Shown here: positions 12,101 through 20,037 of the stretch, piece after piece
Layout: every line of letters starts with the position of its first letter
How positions within the stretch are numbered: position 1 is the first letter of the stretch
NCBI GenBank assembly: GCA_026195895.1
Contig: JAPHRO010000033.1
Coordinates: forward strand, 6,739-70,738
Length of the DNA stretch: 64,000 nucleotides
Direction: 5' to 3'
Source of the DNA: Gammaproteobacteria bacterium
Lineage (GTDB): Bacteria > Pseudomonadota > Gammaproteobacteria > SZUA-229
The notes under the pieces: generated by a model
Databases searched by the model: none
The model's input: the letters and a program-made list of their open reading frames with translations, nothing else
Told to the model about the DNA's origin: nothing
Translations under genes and position numbers: made by a program

Positions 12101-14949
12101 ATTTAGTTATCCATGAAGACGGTGTTAAAGTTATTGATGATGTTAGTGCTAAAGTTTCATTAATGTTAGAAGCGCTGGCAGATCCAGAAAAACGATTGCA
12201 TAGCGATCAGGTGCTGTTAGATAGAATTAATTCTTTAAGCGCTAATTTACAAAAACAAGTAAACGCTGCAGTAATAGAACCTGTCACACCACCATTGGAA
12301 GATCTTCAGAGCCAGGTTGAGCCAGAACAGGATCAAGTCCAGCTGAGCGATTCAGAATCTCTGGTGTCTTATAGTGATGTTGATGATGAGCTGGTAGATA
12401 TATTTCTCGAAGAGGCGGAAGAATTACTGGATAGTTGTGAAAATAGTTTGCAACGATGGAGTAATAATAATGCCGACGTCGAAAGTGTAAATGATCTACA
12501 GCGACATTTGCATACTCTTAAGGGTGGCGCAAGAATGGCGGATCTTGCACCTATAGGTAATCTGACTCATGCTCTTGAGTCACTTATTATTTCAGCAAAT
12601 GAAGGTCGAATTAGTTTCTCGCGAGACATGTCAAATGCGCTGCATGACTCGATGGATCGTTTGTCTGATATGTTGGCCAGGGTAAAAAGCAGGGATCCTA
12701 TTTCGTCAGCAGAAGATTTGATAAATAATATTGAATTATTACGTCATGGCAAAGATATCAATACCAAGCCTGCGGCAGATGATGTTTCTGCGGGAGAAGA
12801 CGAAGAACCCGAGCCGGAATCTTTTCCGGAAGAATCATTTGAAATCGAAGAAATAAATACAGGTAATGATCAGGACGAGGCATATTCCCTCGAGTTTGAT
12901 GAGTCAATAATTGTTGATGACGCAAACGATGTAAGTGATTCGGTTGAGCTGGTCTTTGAGGGGGCTCCTGATGAAACGGATTTCAAAACAGAGATTGCTG
13001 CGCCATCAGATTTAGAAAAATCCATTCCAGAAAAACCCATTCCAGAAAAATCATCTTTCGTCCTGCCAAAAGAAGAAGCCGGTTCTACAGAAGAACCGGC
13101 TCAAAAAGGTGGTATAGCTCACGAGCAGGTTCGTGTTAGATCCGATCTATTGAATGAACTGGTAAATAGTGCGGGTGAGGTGAGCGTTTATCATGCCCGT
13201 ATGGGGCAGCAAATGTCCGACTTTTCATTTAACCTGTCCGAAATGGACCAGACGGTTATTCGTTTGCGTGAACAGCTACGTAAACTTTCTATAGAAACTG
13301 AAGCGCAAATTCTGTCGCGTTATGAAAAAGAATCAGACCAGTATGATGAAGACTTTGATCCATTGGAAATGGATAGATTTTCTACCATGCAACAAATCTC
13401 ACGAAGTCTGCAGGAAACCGTAGCTGATATAGACAGTATTAAAAATATACTTGCTGAAGATGTTCGAGATGCTGAAACGCTGCTGCTGCAGGAGTCGCGT
13501 GTTAGTACAGAGCTGCAGGAAGGATTGATGCGAACACGCATGGTCCACTTTGGTGGTCTTGCATCTCGTTTGCGTCGAATTGTTAGACAAACGGCACGTG
13601 AAATAAGCAAGGATGTAGAGCTGGAAATTACCGGTGAAACGTCGGAAGTGGATAGAACCGTTCTGGACAGGATCGTGGCGCCACTGGAACATATGCTGCG
13701 TAATGCCGTATCGCATGGTATTGAGTTACCAGAAGATCGTGTCGCTGCGGGCAAGTCTGAAACGGGTAATATCAGTATAGGTGTAGATCGTGAAGGTGGT
13801 GACGTTGTTATCAAGGTTGTCGATGACGGTCGAGGAATTGATGTCAGCGCCGTTCGAAAACGCGCATCTGAGCAGGGTCTGCTAGAGCATGACAGTAACC
13901 TGAGCGACCATGATGTGTTGCAGTTTATTATGCAGCCTGGTTTTAGTACGGCAGAAAAAGTTACCCAGATTTCAGGCCGCGGTGTCGGTATGGATGTGGT
14001 TGATAGTGAAATCAAGCAACTAGGTGGGGTACTGGAAATAGATACACTGCCAGGTAAGGGTACAACTTTTACCATTCGCCTGCCGCTTACGTTAGCTATT
14101 AATCACGCGCTATTGGTTAATTCAGGCGAAGATATTTACGCGGTACCATTAAATAGCATTGAAGGTGTCGTTCGCTTATCAGGGCCAGAGTTACAGCAGT
14201 TTTATAATAGCGAGGACAATAGCTATGAGTTTGCCGGTACCCATTATGAATTAAAACATCTTGGTTATTTGCTGACTGGGCAGCAGCCAGATTATTCAAG
14301 AAGCGGTCAATTATTCCCGGTATTGCTGGCACACGTTGGCGATCAACGAGTGGCCCTGCATGTTGATGATTTATTAGGTCGTCGAGAAATAGTTGTTAAG
14401 CCAGTTGGTCCACAAATCAGCACAGTTCGCGGTATATCCGGTGCCACTATTCTGGGTGATGGGCGAGTCGTGCTTATTCTGGAAATGAATGCGCTGGTGC
14501 TGGGTGAATCACTCTTCCATGTGTCAGCAGAAGCAGCAGAACAACCAGCAATAGCGATCGAGGCAGCGCCGAAAGAAGAGCGTGAAACGGTTGTTATGGT
14601 TGTGGATGATTCGATTACCATTCGTAAGGTTACCGAGAGAATGCTGTCGCGTCACAACATAAAAGTTATTACAGCAAAAGATGGTGTTGATGCTGTCGCG
14701 CAGCTTCAGGAGCAGATACCGGATGTTATGTTACTTGATATCGAAATGCCGCGTATGGATGGATATGAAGTTGCGACCCATGTGCGCAACGATGAGCGCC
14801 TGAAAAACTTGCCAATAATAATGATTACTTCCCGTAGTGGTGCCAAGCATCGTGAAAAAGCCATGGAAATTGGTGTAAATAAATATTTAGGGAAGCCCTA
14901 TCAGGAAGATGATTTAATGGAAAATATCAGAGAGTTAATCGATGTCTGA
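9157..14949 (+). CDS. chpA: CheA-like hybrid histidine kinase ChpA (multiple Hpt, HATPase, CheW, REC)
   Basis: Hpt motifs LHMVQGTL, FHTLKGS, LHTLFGS and LHTLKGG; HMLRNAVSHGIE; SGRGVGMDVV; C-terminal receiver with LLDIEMPRMDG. Confidence 0.95.
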   Translation: MKTEDTVEYNSLRWVKKELDLILNEAQSSLSVYIEDTDEVDRLRECIEHLHMVQGTLQMVELYGAAQLAEEMEQVATAVLNGALEKTDDAYDVLMRSMLQLPDYLESLQAGNKDVPMVLLPLLNDLRASRSANLLSENVLFFPDIEASDDQAESVEVAAGQLQALAKKLRPHYQIGLLGWFKGQKIRASLKRILAVLTELEKKSATNSISRLWSVSAALTEGLANEGIDSSVSIKMLLGQVDRAVKQLIDQGEESFAKNIPEELLKNLLYYIARVEKESPRVNKAKETYRLQELLPADSELEEARSGLGGLNTELLRTVSQGIREDLLEVKDVIEIFVHSESHNPERLSGLPELLNKIADTLAMLGLGGPRENVLEQCDKIKQLVDGSIEAVDDEVMNVASVLLNVESQLNNFIASRSGIVDDIEGQKRRVGDLGEMPEAEYLEVLSAVIREALQDFSDARQAILGYLENNTDKELLDIILKRLDEVSGAMFMLPIQKLEPQIAALHDYVAKVLRNAGQVPDQQTQDDMADVVTSVEYYLEAILEGRPDLELSLSTGEAAAQRLNKVSSKFEDVAEPLPSEEKLAEVKAEVVEEKKPAKEKAAEKTAATESTDVEQRYVILGDDADEEILEIFIEEALEELASLNEQIPVWANNHQDEEALTTIRRSFHTLKGSGRLIGAELIGEFSWGFENMLNRIIDKSRPLNQEVFDALDEALGVLPQLIEQLKGNREPIPNVYELIDRVESLGKWQKSDATTKGADLETDTKNESGSEQEELTESIELEITEPEPEIVQQDVQLIVEEKNPVDEIDAADDLPDLSEEISESDIDDEFDIDLTEDLEALQLAISPEDEDAGEEEILLEIEEEPVVEAEETEAFEIEEDASATQLDIEETEDFNAEDALEIHIDPVLFKIFKGESESHLQNIRDLLDKHYQGVEALSANQELIRALHTLFGSARTANVDEIAELCGALEKYVKLYQEFDDLVIHEDGVKVIDDVSAKVSLMLEALADPEKRLHSDQVLLDRINSLSANLQKQVNAAVIEPVTPPLEDLQSQVEPEQDQVQLSDSESLVSYSDVDDELVDIFLEEAEELLDSCENSLQRWSNNNADVESVNDLQRHLHTLKGGARMADLAPIGNLTHALESLIISANEGRISFSRDMSNALHDSMDRLSDMLARVKSRDPISSAEDLINNIELLRHGKDINTKPAADDVSAGEDEEPEPESFPEESFEIEEINTGNDQDEAYSLEFDESIIVDDANDVSDSVELVFEGAPDETDFKTEIAAPSDLEKSIPEKPIPEKSSFVLPKEEAGSTEEPAQKGGIAHEQVRVRSDLLNELVNSAGEVSVYHARMGQQMSDFSFNLSEMDQTVIRLREQLRKLSIETEAQILSRYEKESDQYDEDFDPLEMDRFSTMQQISRSLQETVADIDSIKNILAEDVRDAETLLLQESRVSTELQEGLMRTRMVHFGGLASRLRRIVRQTAREISKDVELEITGETSEVDRTVLDRIVAPLEHMLRNAVSHGIELPEDRVAAGKSETGNISIGVDREGGDVVIKVVDDGRGIDVSAVRKRASEQGLLEHDSNLSDHDVLQFIMQPGFSTAEKVTQISGRGVGMDVVDSEIKQLGGVLEIDTLPGKGTTFTIRLPLTLAINHALLVNSGEDIYAVPLNSIEGVVRLSGPELQQFYNSEDNSYEFAGTHYELKHLGYLLTGQQPDYSRSGQLFPVLLAHVGDQRVALHVDDLLGRREIVVKPVGPQISTVRGISGATILGDGRVVLILEMNALVLGESLFHVSAEAAEQPAIAIEAAPKEERETVVMVVDDSITIRKVTERMLSRHNIKVITAKDGVDAVAQLQEQIPDVMLLDIEMPRMDGYEVATHVRNDERLKNLPIIMITSRSGAKHREKAMEIGVNKYLGKPYQEDDLMENIRELIDV

Positions 14950-15403
14950 TACATCTGCGCAAATTAAATGCGTTTTGCTAAACATTAATAATGATAAATT
15001 AGTGTTGCCCAATGCGGCAGTTGCTGAAATCGTGCCTATTCGTAATATTATCAACGTGGCGAATAAACCGGGCTGGATGCTGGGATATCTGGACTGGCGA
15101 GGTAATTCAGTGCCACTGGTATCATTTGAAGCCATGGGCGGTGTTCGTATGCCCAGCCTTGCCAGCGGTGATGTTAAAGCAGTGGTTATCTATGCGATTG
15201 GTGAAGATAAAGATTTTCCGTTTATGTCATTTTTGATGCAGGGTGCGCCGCAGGTTGTAAACATATCGGCTACCGATGTGATCGCAGCAGGCGAAGCATC
15301 GCAAAATCCAGCAGTTGATCAGAAATTATTGATAAAAGATGAAGAAGTCAGCCTGGTGAATCTGGAAACACTTGAATCCATCATCAAGGAAGTAATGACC
15401 TAG
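14942..15403 (+). CDS. chpC: CheW-like protein ChpC
   Basis: LVLPNAAVAEIV and WMLGYLDWRG motifs; overlaps the end of chpA. Confidence 0.85.
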   Translation: MSDTSAQIKCVLLNINNDKLVLPNAAVAEIVPIRNIINVANKPGWMLGYLDWRGNSVPLVSFEAMGGVRMPSLASGDVKAVVIYAIGEDKDFPFMSFLMQGAPQVVNISATDVIAAGEASQNPAVDQKLLIKDEEVSLVNLETLESIIKEVMT

Positions 15404-15410
15404 GCCATTT

Positions 15411-16142
15411 TCATGGCTTAAAATCTCCCCATATTGTTTGTATCACAGTAATACCAGCGATGGCCGCAGTTTCTGTTCTTAATATTCTTGGTCCAAGTCG
15501 GATGCCTTTAAATCCTGTTGCTCGAGCATAATTTATTTCATCGTCAGATAAACCGCCTTCTGGTCCTATGAGTAAGTTAACAGATTGAGATTCGGGTTTT
15601 AGTGAATGTATGTTTGTCTGTCCTTCGGGATCAAGCGTCAATTTGAGTCCGTCAAGATTGAGCTGGTTCAATTCTGAAAGTTTAATTGAGGGTAATAGTT
15701 CTGGAACAATATTGCGTCCGGATTGTTCACAGGCATTTATGATAATACCTTGCCAGTGGCGCATTTTTTTTCCCTGGCGCTCACCTTTTAAATTGACAAC
15801 GGTACGCTGACAAACAACAGGCAGAATTTTTTGTGCGCCCAGTTCGACCGCTTTCTGGATGCTAATATCCATGCGCTCACCTCTGGAAACTCCTTGTAAT
15901 AAAGTGATGTGTAAATCTGATTCGGTATTGATGTTATGGAAGTCGCCAATATGTGCCAGAATTTTTTTGCCGCTATATTTCAGTCGAGCAGAATATTCTC
16001 CACCTCTGCCATTAAACAGGTTTATTTGATCTTCATGTTTAAGGCGTAAAACGTTTTTCAGATGATGAGTGGCTTCCTTGCCGAGTTCAACCAGGCTGTC
16101 TGTTTGCAGATCTATATCCTGATATATGCGAACAGTTCTCAT
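15411..16142 (-). CDS. rsmE: 16S rRNA m3U1498 methyltransferase
   Basis: HHLKNVLRL, QKAVELG, ACEQSGR, IGPEGG and LGPRILRTETA; start trimmed to the ATG at 16142. Confidence 0.96.
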   Translation of the reverse strand: MRTVRIYQDIDLQTDSLVELGKEATHHLKNVLRLKHEDQINLFNGRGGEYSARLKYSGKKILAHIGDFHNINTESDLHITLLQGVSRGERMDISIQKAVELGAQKILPVVCQRTVVNLKGERQGKKMRHWQGIIINACEQSGRNIVPELLPSIKLSELNQLNLDGLKLTLDPEGQTNIHSLKPESQSVNLLIGPEGGLSDDEINYARATGFKGIRLGPRILRTETAAIAGITVIQTIWGDFKP

Positions 16143-16146
16143 GGCT

Positions 16147-16998
16147 TTATAAGGAAAGATTATTCCAGATGCGCAATGTCGCTTCGGATTGATTGAGTGT
16201 GTAGAAGTGTAATCCAGGCGCACCTGCATCCAGTAAGCGTTGACACATGTCAGTAACGACATCGGCACCCAGATCTTTTATGGCATCTATGTCATCACCC
16301 AGCCCCAGCAGGCGTTTGCGCAACCATTGTGGTATTTCTGCACCACAGGCACTCGAAAAACGTGCCAGACTGCTGTAATTAGTAATGGGCATGATGCCCG
16401 GCATAATGGGGATGTCGATGCCCATTTTTTCGCAGCTTTCCACAAATCGAACATAGGCATCAATGTTATAGAAATATTGAGTAATCGCAGTGTTGGCGCC
16501 CGCTTCAACTTTACGTTTGAAGTTTTTTAAATCCTGTTCCGCAGTTTCGGCCTGCGGGTGAAATTCAGGGTAGGCGGCCACTTCTAAATGAAAATGATCA
16601 CCATGCTCCTGGCGAATAAAGCTCACCAGTTCATTGGCATAATTAAAATCTCCCGGCGAAACCATGCCCGAAGGGATGTCACCGCGCAAGGCGACAATAT
16701 GTTTTATTCCCTGGGATTTGTAATTATCAAGAATATCTGCAAGCTGCTGTTTGGTTGAGCCGATACAGGATAAATGCGGGGCAACGCTCACACCTGAACT
16801 TTGATTAATTTGTGTGACCGCATCAAAGGTTCGATCTCGAGTTGAGCCACCGGCACCAAAGGTAACGGAGAAATATTCCGGGTTAATTGCGTCTTTCAGT
16901 GTGTTGCTGGTGGCAACAAGTTTTTCCATGCCCTGATCAGTTTTGGGCGGAAAAAATTCGCAACTGAAACTGCGCTCGAATTTTTTTTGAGATTCCAT
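16147..16998 (-). CDS. metF: 5,10-methylenetetrahydrofolate reductase
   Basis: SCEFFPPK, SVTFGAGGS, VALRGD, AAYPEFHP and GLHFYTLN. Confidence 0.97.
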   Translation of the reverse strand: MESQKKFERSFSCEFFPPKTDQGMEKLVATSNTLKDAINPEYFSVTFGAGGSTRDRTFDAVTQINQSSGVSVAPHLSCIGSTKQQLADILDNYKSQGIKHIVALRGDIPSGMVSPGDFNYANELVSFIRQEHGDHFHLEVAAYPEFHPQAETAEQDLKNFKRKVEAGANTAITQYFYNIDAYVRFVESCEKMGIDIPIMPGIMPITNYSSLARFSSACGAEIPQWLRKRLLGLGDDIDAIKDLGADVVTDMCQRLLDAGAPGLHFYTLNQSEATLRIWNNLSL

Positions 16999-17029
16999 GG
17001 CACTAGTCTTTTAAATAGTTGGAGTATAG

Positions 17030-17054
17030 CAGGGCACTGACTTGCAGTGCCCTG
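17030..17054. other. GC-rich hairpin between ahcY and metF (no U-tract on the coding strand)
   Basis: CAGGGCACTG-acttg-CAGTGCCCTG forms a perfect 10-bp stem. Confidence 0.55.
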
Positions 17055-17079
17055 TCACAACTGGCCAATCAGTTGGCTA

Positions 17080-18489
17080 TTAGTAGCGGTAATGATCCGG
17101 CTTGTACGGGCCATCAACAGGGACATTAATATAATCAGCCTGCTCCTGGCTCAGTATCGTCAGGTCCGCACCAATTTTATCCAGATGCAGACGTGCTACT
17201 TTTTCATCCAGATGTTTTGGCAGAATATAAACTTTATTTTCATAGTCATCAGGATTATTAAAGAACTCGATTTGTGCCATGACCTGGTTAGTGAAAGACG
17301 CAGACATAACAAAACTTGGATGACCGGTGGCGCAACCCAGATTAACCAGGCGACCTTTAGCCAGAATGATAATGCGTTTGCCGTCAGGGAAAATCACGTG
17401 ATCAACCTGTGGTTTGATTTCTTCCCACTCATATTTTTCCAGTGAGGCAATATCAATTTCTGAATCGAAGTGACCAATGTTACAAACAATCGCTTCGTTT
17501 TTCATGGCAGCCATGTGATCGTGGTTGATTACACTTACGTTACCGGTAGTGGTAACAAAAATATCACCCATGCTGGCAGCATCATTCATATCAACGACTC
17601 GATAACCTTCCATCGCTGCCTGCAGTGCACAGATAGGATCAATCTCGGTGACCAGTACAGTCGCGCCCATGCCACGGAATGCCTGCGCACAGCCTTTGCC
17701 AACATCACCGTAGCCCAGTACAACACAGATTTTACCGGCGATCATGACATCTGTTGCGCGCTTGATACCATCCAGTAATGATTCACGACAGCCGTACAGG
17801 TTATCGAATTTGGATTTGGTGACCGAGTCATTTACGTTCATGGCAGGGAACATCAGTTCACCGGCTTCCATCATCTGGTATAAGCGATGCACACCAGTTG
17901 TGGTTTCTTCAGTAACACCTTTAACGTCGTTGACGATTTTGGTCCACTTGTCAGAGCCGGGAGTGATAGTACGTTTGAGTACATCGATAATGGCTTTCCA
18001 TTCTTCGTTATCGTTGTCTCTGGCATCGGGAACAGCTCCGGCTTTTTCGTATTCCGCACCTTTGTGAACCAGTAATGTGGCATCGCCGCCATCATCCAGA
18101 ATCATGTTGGGTGTGCCGCCGTCAGGCCAGGTCAGTGCCTGTTCAGTACACCACCAGTATTCGTCGATGGTTTCACCCTTCCAGGCAAATACAGGAATGC
18201 CCTGATCAGCAATGGCTGCGGCGGCCTGATCCTGGGTCGAAAAAATGTTGCAGGAGGCCCAACGGACTTCGGCACCCAGGGCGACCAGGGTTTCGATCAG
18301 TACCGCAGTCTGGATAGTCATGTGCAGGCTGCCAGTAATACGAGCGCCTTTTAGCGGTTTTTCATTGCCGTATTCCTCACGCAATGCCATCAGTCCTGGC
18401 ATTTCGGTTTCGGCAATTTTGATTTCCTTGTGACCCCAGTCAGCAAGGGATATATCGGCAACTTTAAAATCAGTGAACTCAGCACTCAT
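17080..18489 (-). CDS. ahcY: S-adenosylhomocysteine hydrolase
   Basis: [47 protein letters not shown] and [10 protein letters not shown]. Confidence 0.98.
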   Translation of the reverse strand: MSAEFTDFKVADISLADWGHKEIKIAETEMPGLMALREEYGNEKPLKGARITGSLHMTIQTAVLIETLVALGAEVRWASCNIFSTQDQAAAAIADQGIPVFAWKGETIDEYWWCTEQALTWPDGGTPNMILDDGGDATLLVHKGAEYEKAGAVPDARDNDNEEWKAIIDVLKRTITPGSDKWTKIVNDVKGVTEETTTGVHRLYQMMEAGELMFPAMNVNDSVTKSKFDNLYGCRESLLDGIKRATDVMIAGKICVVLGYGDVGKGCAQAFRGMGATVLVTEIDPICALQAAMEGYRVVDMNDAASMGDIFVTTTGNVSVINHDHMAAMKNEAIVCNIGHFDSEIDIASLEKYEWEEIKPQVDHVIFPDGKRIIILAKGRLVNLGCATGHPSFVMSASFTNQVMAQIEFFNNPDDYENKVYILPKHLDEKVARLHLDKIGADLTILSQEQADYINVPVDGPYKPDHYRY

Positions 18490-18527
18490 CGTTCATCTCC
18501 TGTATCTTTAGTATGGAAATTAATAAA

Positions 18528-18586
18528 TGAGCGCCGTTTTGGATTCTGAGCCTGACAGGATAGACCTGTTGCAGCGCTCCTCAGAA
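18528..18586 (-). ncRNA. SAH riboswitch (ahcY leader)
   Basis: Minus strand TTCTGAG-GAGCGC-TGCA-ACAGG tctat CCTGT-CAGG-CTCAGAA...AACG-GCGCTC shows P1, P2 and the GAGCGC/GCGCTC pseudoknot of the SAH riboswitch class, directly upstream of ahcY. Confidence 0.92.
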
Positions 18587-18611
18587 ATTATGGGTGATTT
18601 ACACCGGGGGA

Positions 18612-19772
18612 TTAGAGTCCAGCCGCATCTTTCAATGCTGCGGCTTTATCTGTTTTTTCCCAGGTGAAATCAGCTTCTTCACGGCCGAAGTGACCATAGG
18701 CTGCCGTGTTACGATAAATTGGTCGCAACAGGTCCAGCATCTGGGTCAGGCCTTTGGGTTTAAGGTCGAAGTGTTCACGCACCAGTTCAACTATGCGTGC
18801 ATCATCAATTTTGCCGGTACCAAAGGTTTCCACCGAAATTGAAGTGGGTTCAGCGACACCAATGGCGTAGGACACCTGGATTTCACATTTGTCGGCCAGG
18901 CCTGCAGCAACAATGTTCTTGGCCACATAACGACCGGCATAAGCGGCGGAACGATCTACTTTGGAAGGGTCTTTGCCGGAGAACGCACCACCACCATGAC
19001 GGGCCATGCCGCCATAGGTATCAACAATGATTTTTCGGCCAGTCAGACCGCAGTCACCGACCGGGCCACCAATAACAAAGTTGCCGGTAGGGTTAATAAA
19101 GTATTTGGTGTCTTTGCTAATCCATTCTTTGGGCAGTACCGGCGTGATGATTTCATCCATTACCGCCTCGCGCAACGCTTCCAGCGAAATATCAGGATTA
19201 TGCTGGGTAGATAGTACCACGGCATCAATAGCCGTAGGCTGGCCATCTTCATAACGGAAAGTGACCTGGCTTTTCGCATCGGGACGTAACCAGGGCAGCG
19301 TACCGTTCTTGCGGACTTCTGCCTGGCGTTTAACCAGTTTATGCGCATAAGTAATGGGTGCCGGCATCAGTACATCGGTTTCGTTGCTGGCATAGCCAAA
19401 CATCAGGCCCTGGTCGCCCGCGCCCTGTTCATGGTCTGAGGATTCGTCGACGCCCATGGCAATATCTGCAGACTGCTTGTCGATGGAGGTAATAACCGCA
19501 CAGGATTCCCAGTCGAAGCCCATTTCAGAGCTGTTGTAGCCAATTTCTTTAACGGTTTTACGTACGATCTCCTGCATATCCACCCAGGCAGATGTAGTGA
19601 TTTCGCCGGAGAGGATAACCATGCCCGTGTTAACCAGTGTTTCACAGGCAACGCGTGCTTTATTGTCCTGTTCGAAAATGGCGTCCAGGATGGCATCGGA
19701 AATCTGGTCCGCGACTTTATCTGGATGACCTTCAGAAACCGATTCAGATGTAAATAAATGGCTATTTGACAT
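18612..19772 (-). CDS. metK: S-adenosylmethionine synthetase
   Basis: [34 protein letters not shown] and GGGAFSGKD; GAGGA RBS 10 nt before the ATG at 19772. Confidence 0.98.
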   Translation of the reverse strand: MSNSHLFTSESVSEGHPDKVADQISDAILDAIFEQDNKARVACETLVNTGMVILSGEITTSAWVDMQEIVRKTVKEIGYNSSEMGFDWESCAVITSIDKQSADIAMGVDESSDHEQGAGDQGLMFGYASNETDVLMPAPITYAHKLVKRQAEVRKNGTLPWLRPDAKSQVTFRYEDGQPTAIDAVVLSTQHNPDISLEALREAVMDEIITPVLPKEWISKDTKYFINPTGNFVIGGPVGDCGLTGRKIIVDTYGGMARHGGGAFSGKDPSKVDRSAAYAGRYVAKNIVAAGLADKCEIQVSYAIGVAEPTSISVETFGTGKIDDARIVELVREHFDLKPKGLTQMLDLLRPIYRNTAAYGHFGREEADFTWEKTDKAAALKDAAGL

Positions 19773-19804
19773 GGTATAAATTTCCTCGTTGCTATCGTTA
19801 ACGA

Positions 19805-19897
19805 TTAGCAAATACGCTGTGTATTAAATGTATCAGGATGAGGAGGATCGCTGTTCATGGCAGTTGGTATGCCAGAAGATTTCAGATCTACGCTCAT
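19805..19897 (-). CDS. Putative 30-aa leader ORF between the SAH riboswitch and metK
   Basis: ATG at 19897 to TAA at 19805 gives [30 protein letters not shown]. The start-codon region is complementary to the riboswitch 3' strand. RBS is weak and translation is unproven. Confidence 0.4.
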   Translation of the reverse strand: MSVDLKSSGIPTAMNSDPPHPDTFNTQRIC

Positions 19898-19924
19898 TCT
19901 TTAGCTTTGCTAGAGACTAATAAA

Positions 19925-19990
19925 TGAGCGCCGTTCGTATATAGATGCACCGAGCCTGACAGAGAAATCTGCTGCAGCGCCCCTCAGTGC
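19925..19990 (-). ncRNA. SAH riboswitch (metK leader)
   Basis: Minus strand GCACTGAG-GGGCGC-TGCAG-CAGA tttc TCTG-TCAGG-CTCGGTGC...AACG-GCGCTC has the same core as the ahcY copy, with compensatory changes in P1 and P2. Confidence 0.88.
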
Positions 19991-19998
19991 GGAGGAAG

Positions 19999-20027
19999 AT
20001 TATAGACGAAATGTTTTGAAATGGCTA
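19999..20027 (-). promoter_or_regulatory. Sigma70-type promoter for the metK leader
   Basis: Minus strand TAGCCA-17 nt-TATAAT; the predicted transcription start falls just 5' of riboswitch P1. Confidence 0.65.
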
Positions 20028-20037
20028 ATAGCCTGAT

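Noticed and set aside
13320-14075. 251-aa minus-strand ORF
   Set aside because: Antisense to the conserved ChpA kinase core; Ser/Thr-rich shadow composition.
16143-16268. Long N-terminal extensions in the ORF track for rsmE (similarly plsY, rpsU, mpg, metK)
   Set aside because: Upstream in-frame starts overlap neighbouring genes or lack an RBS; the shorter starts match the families.
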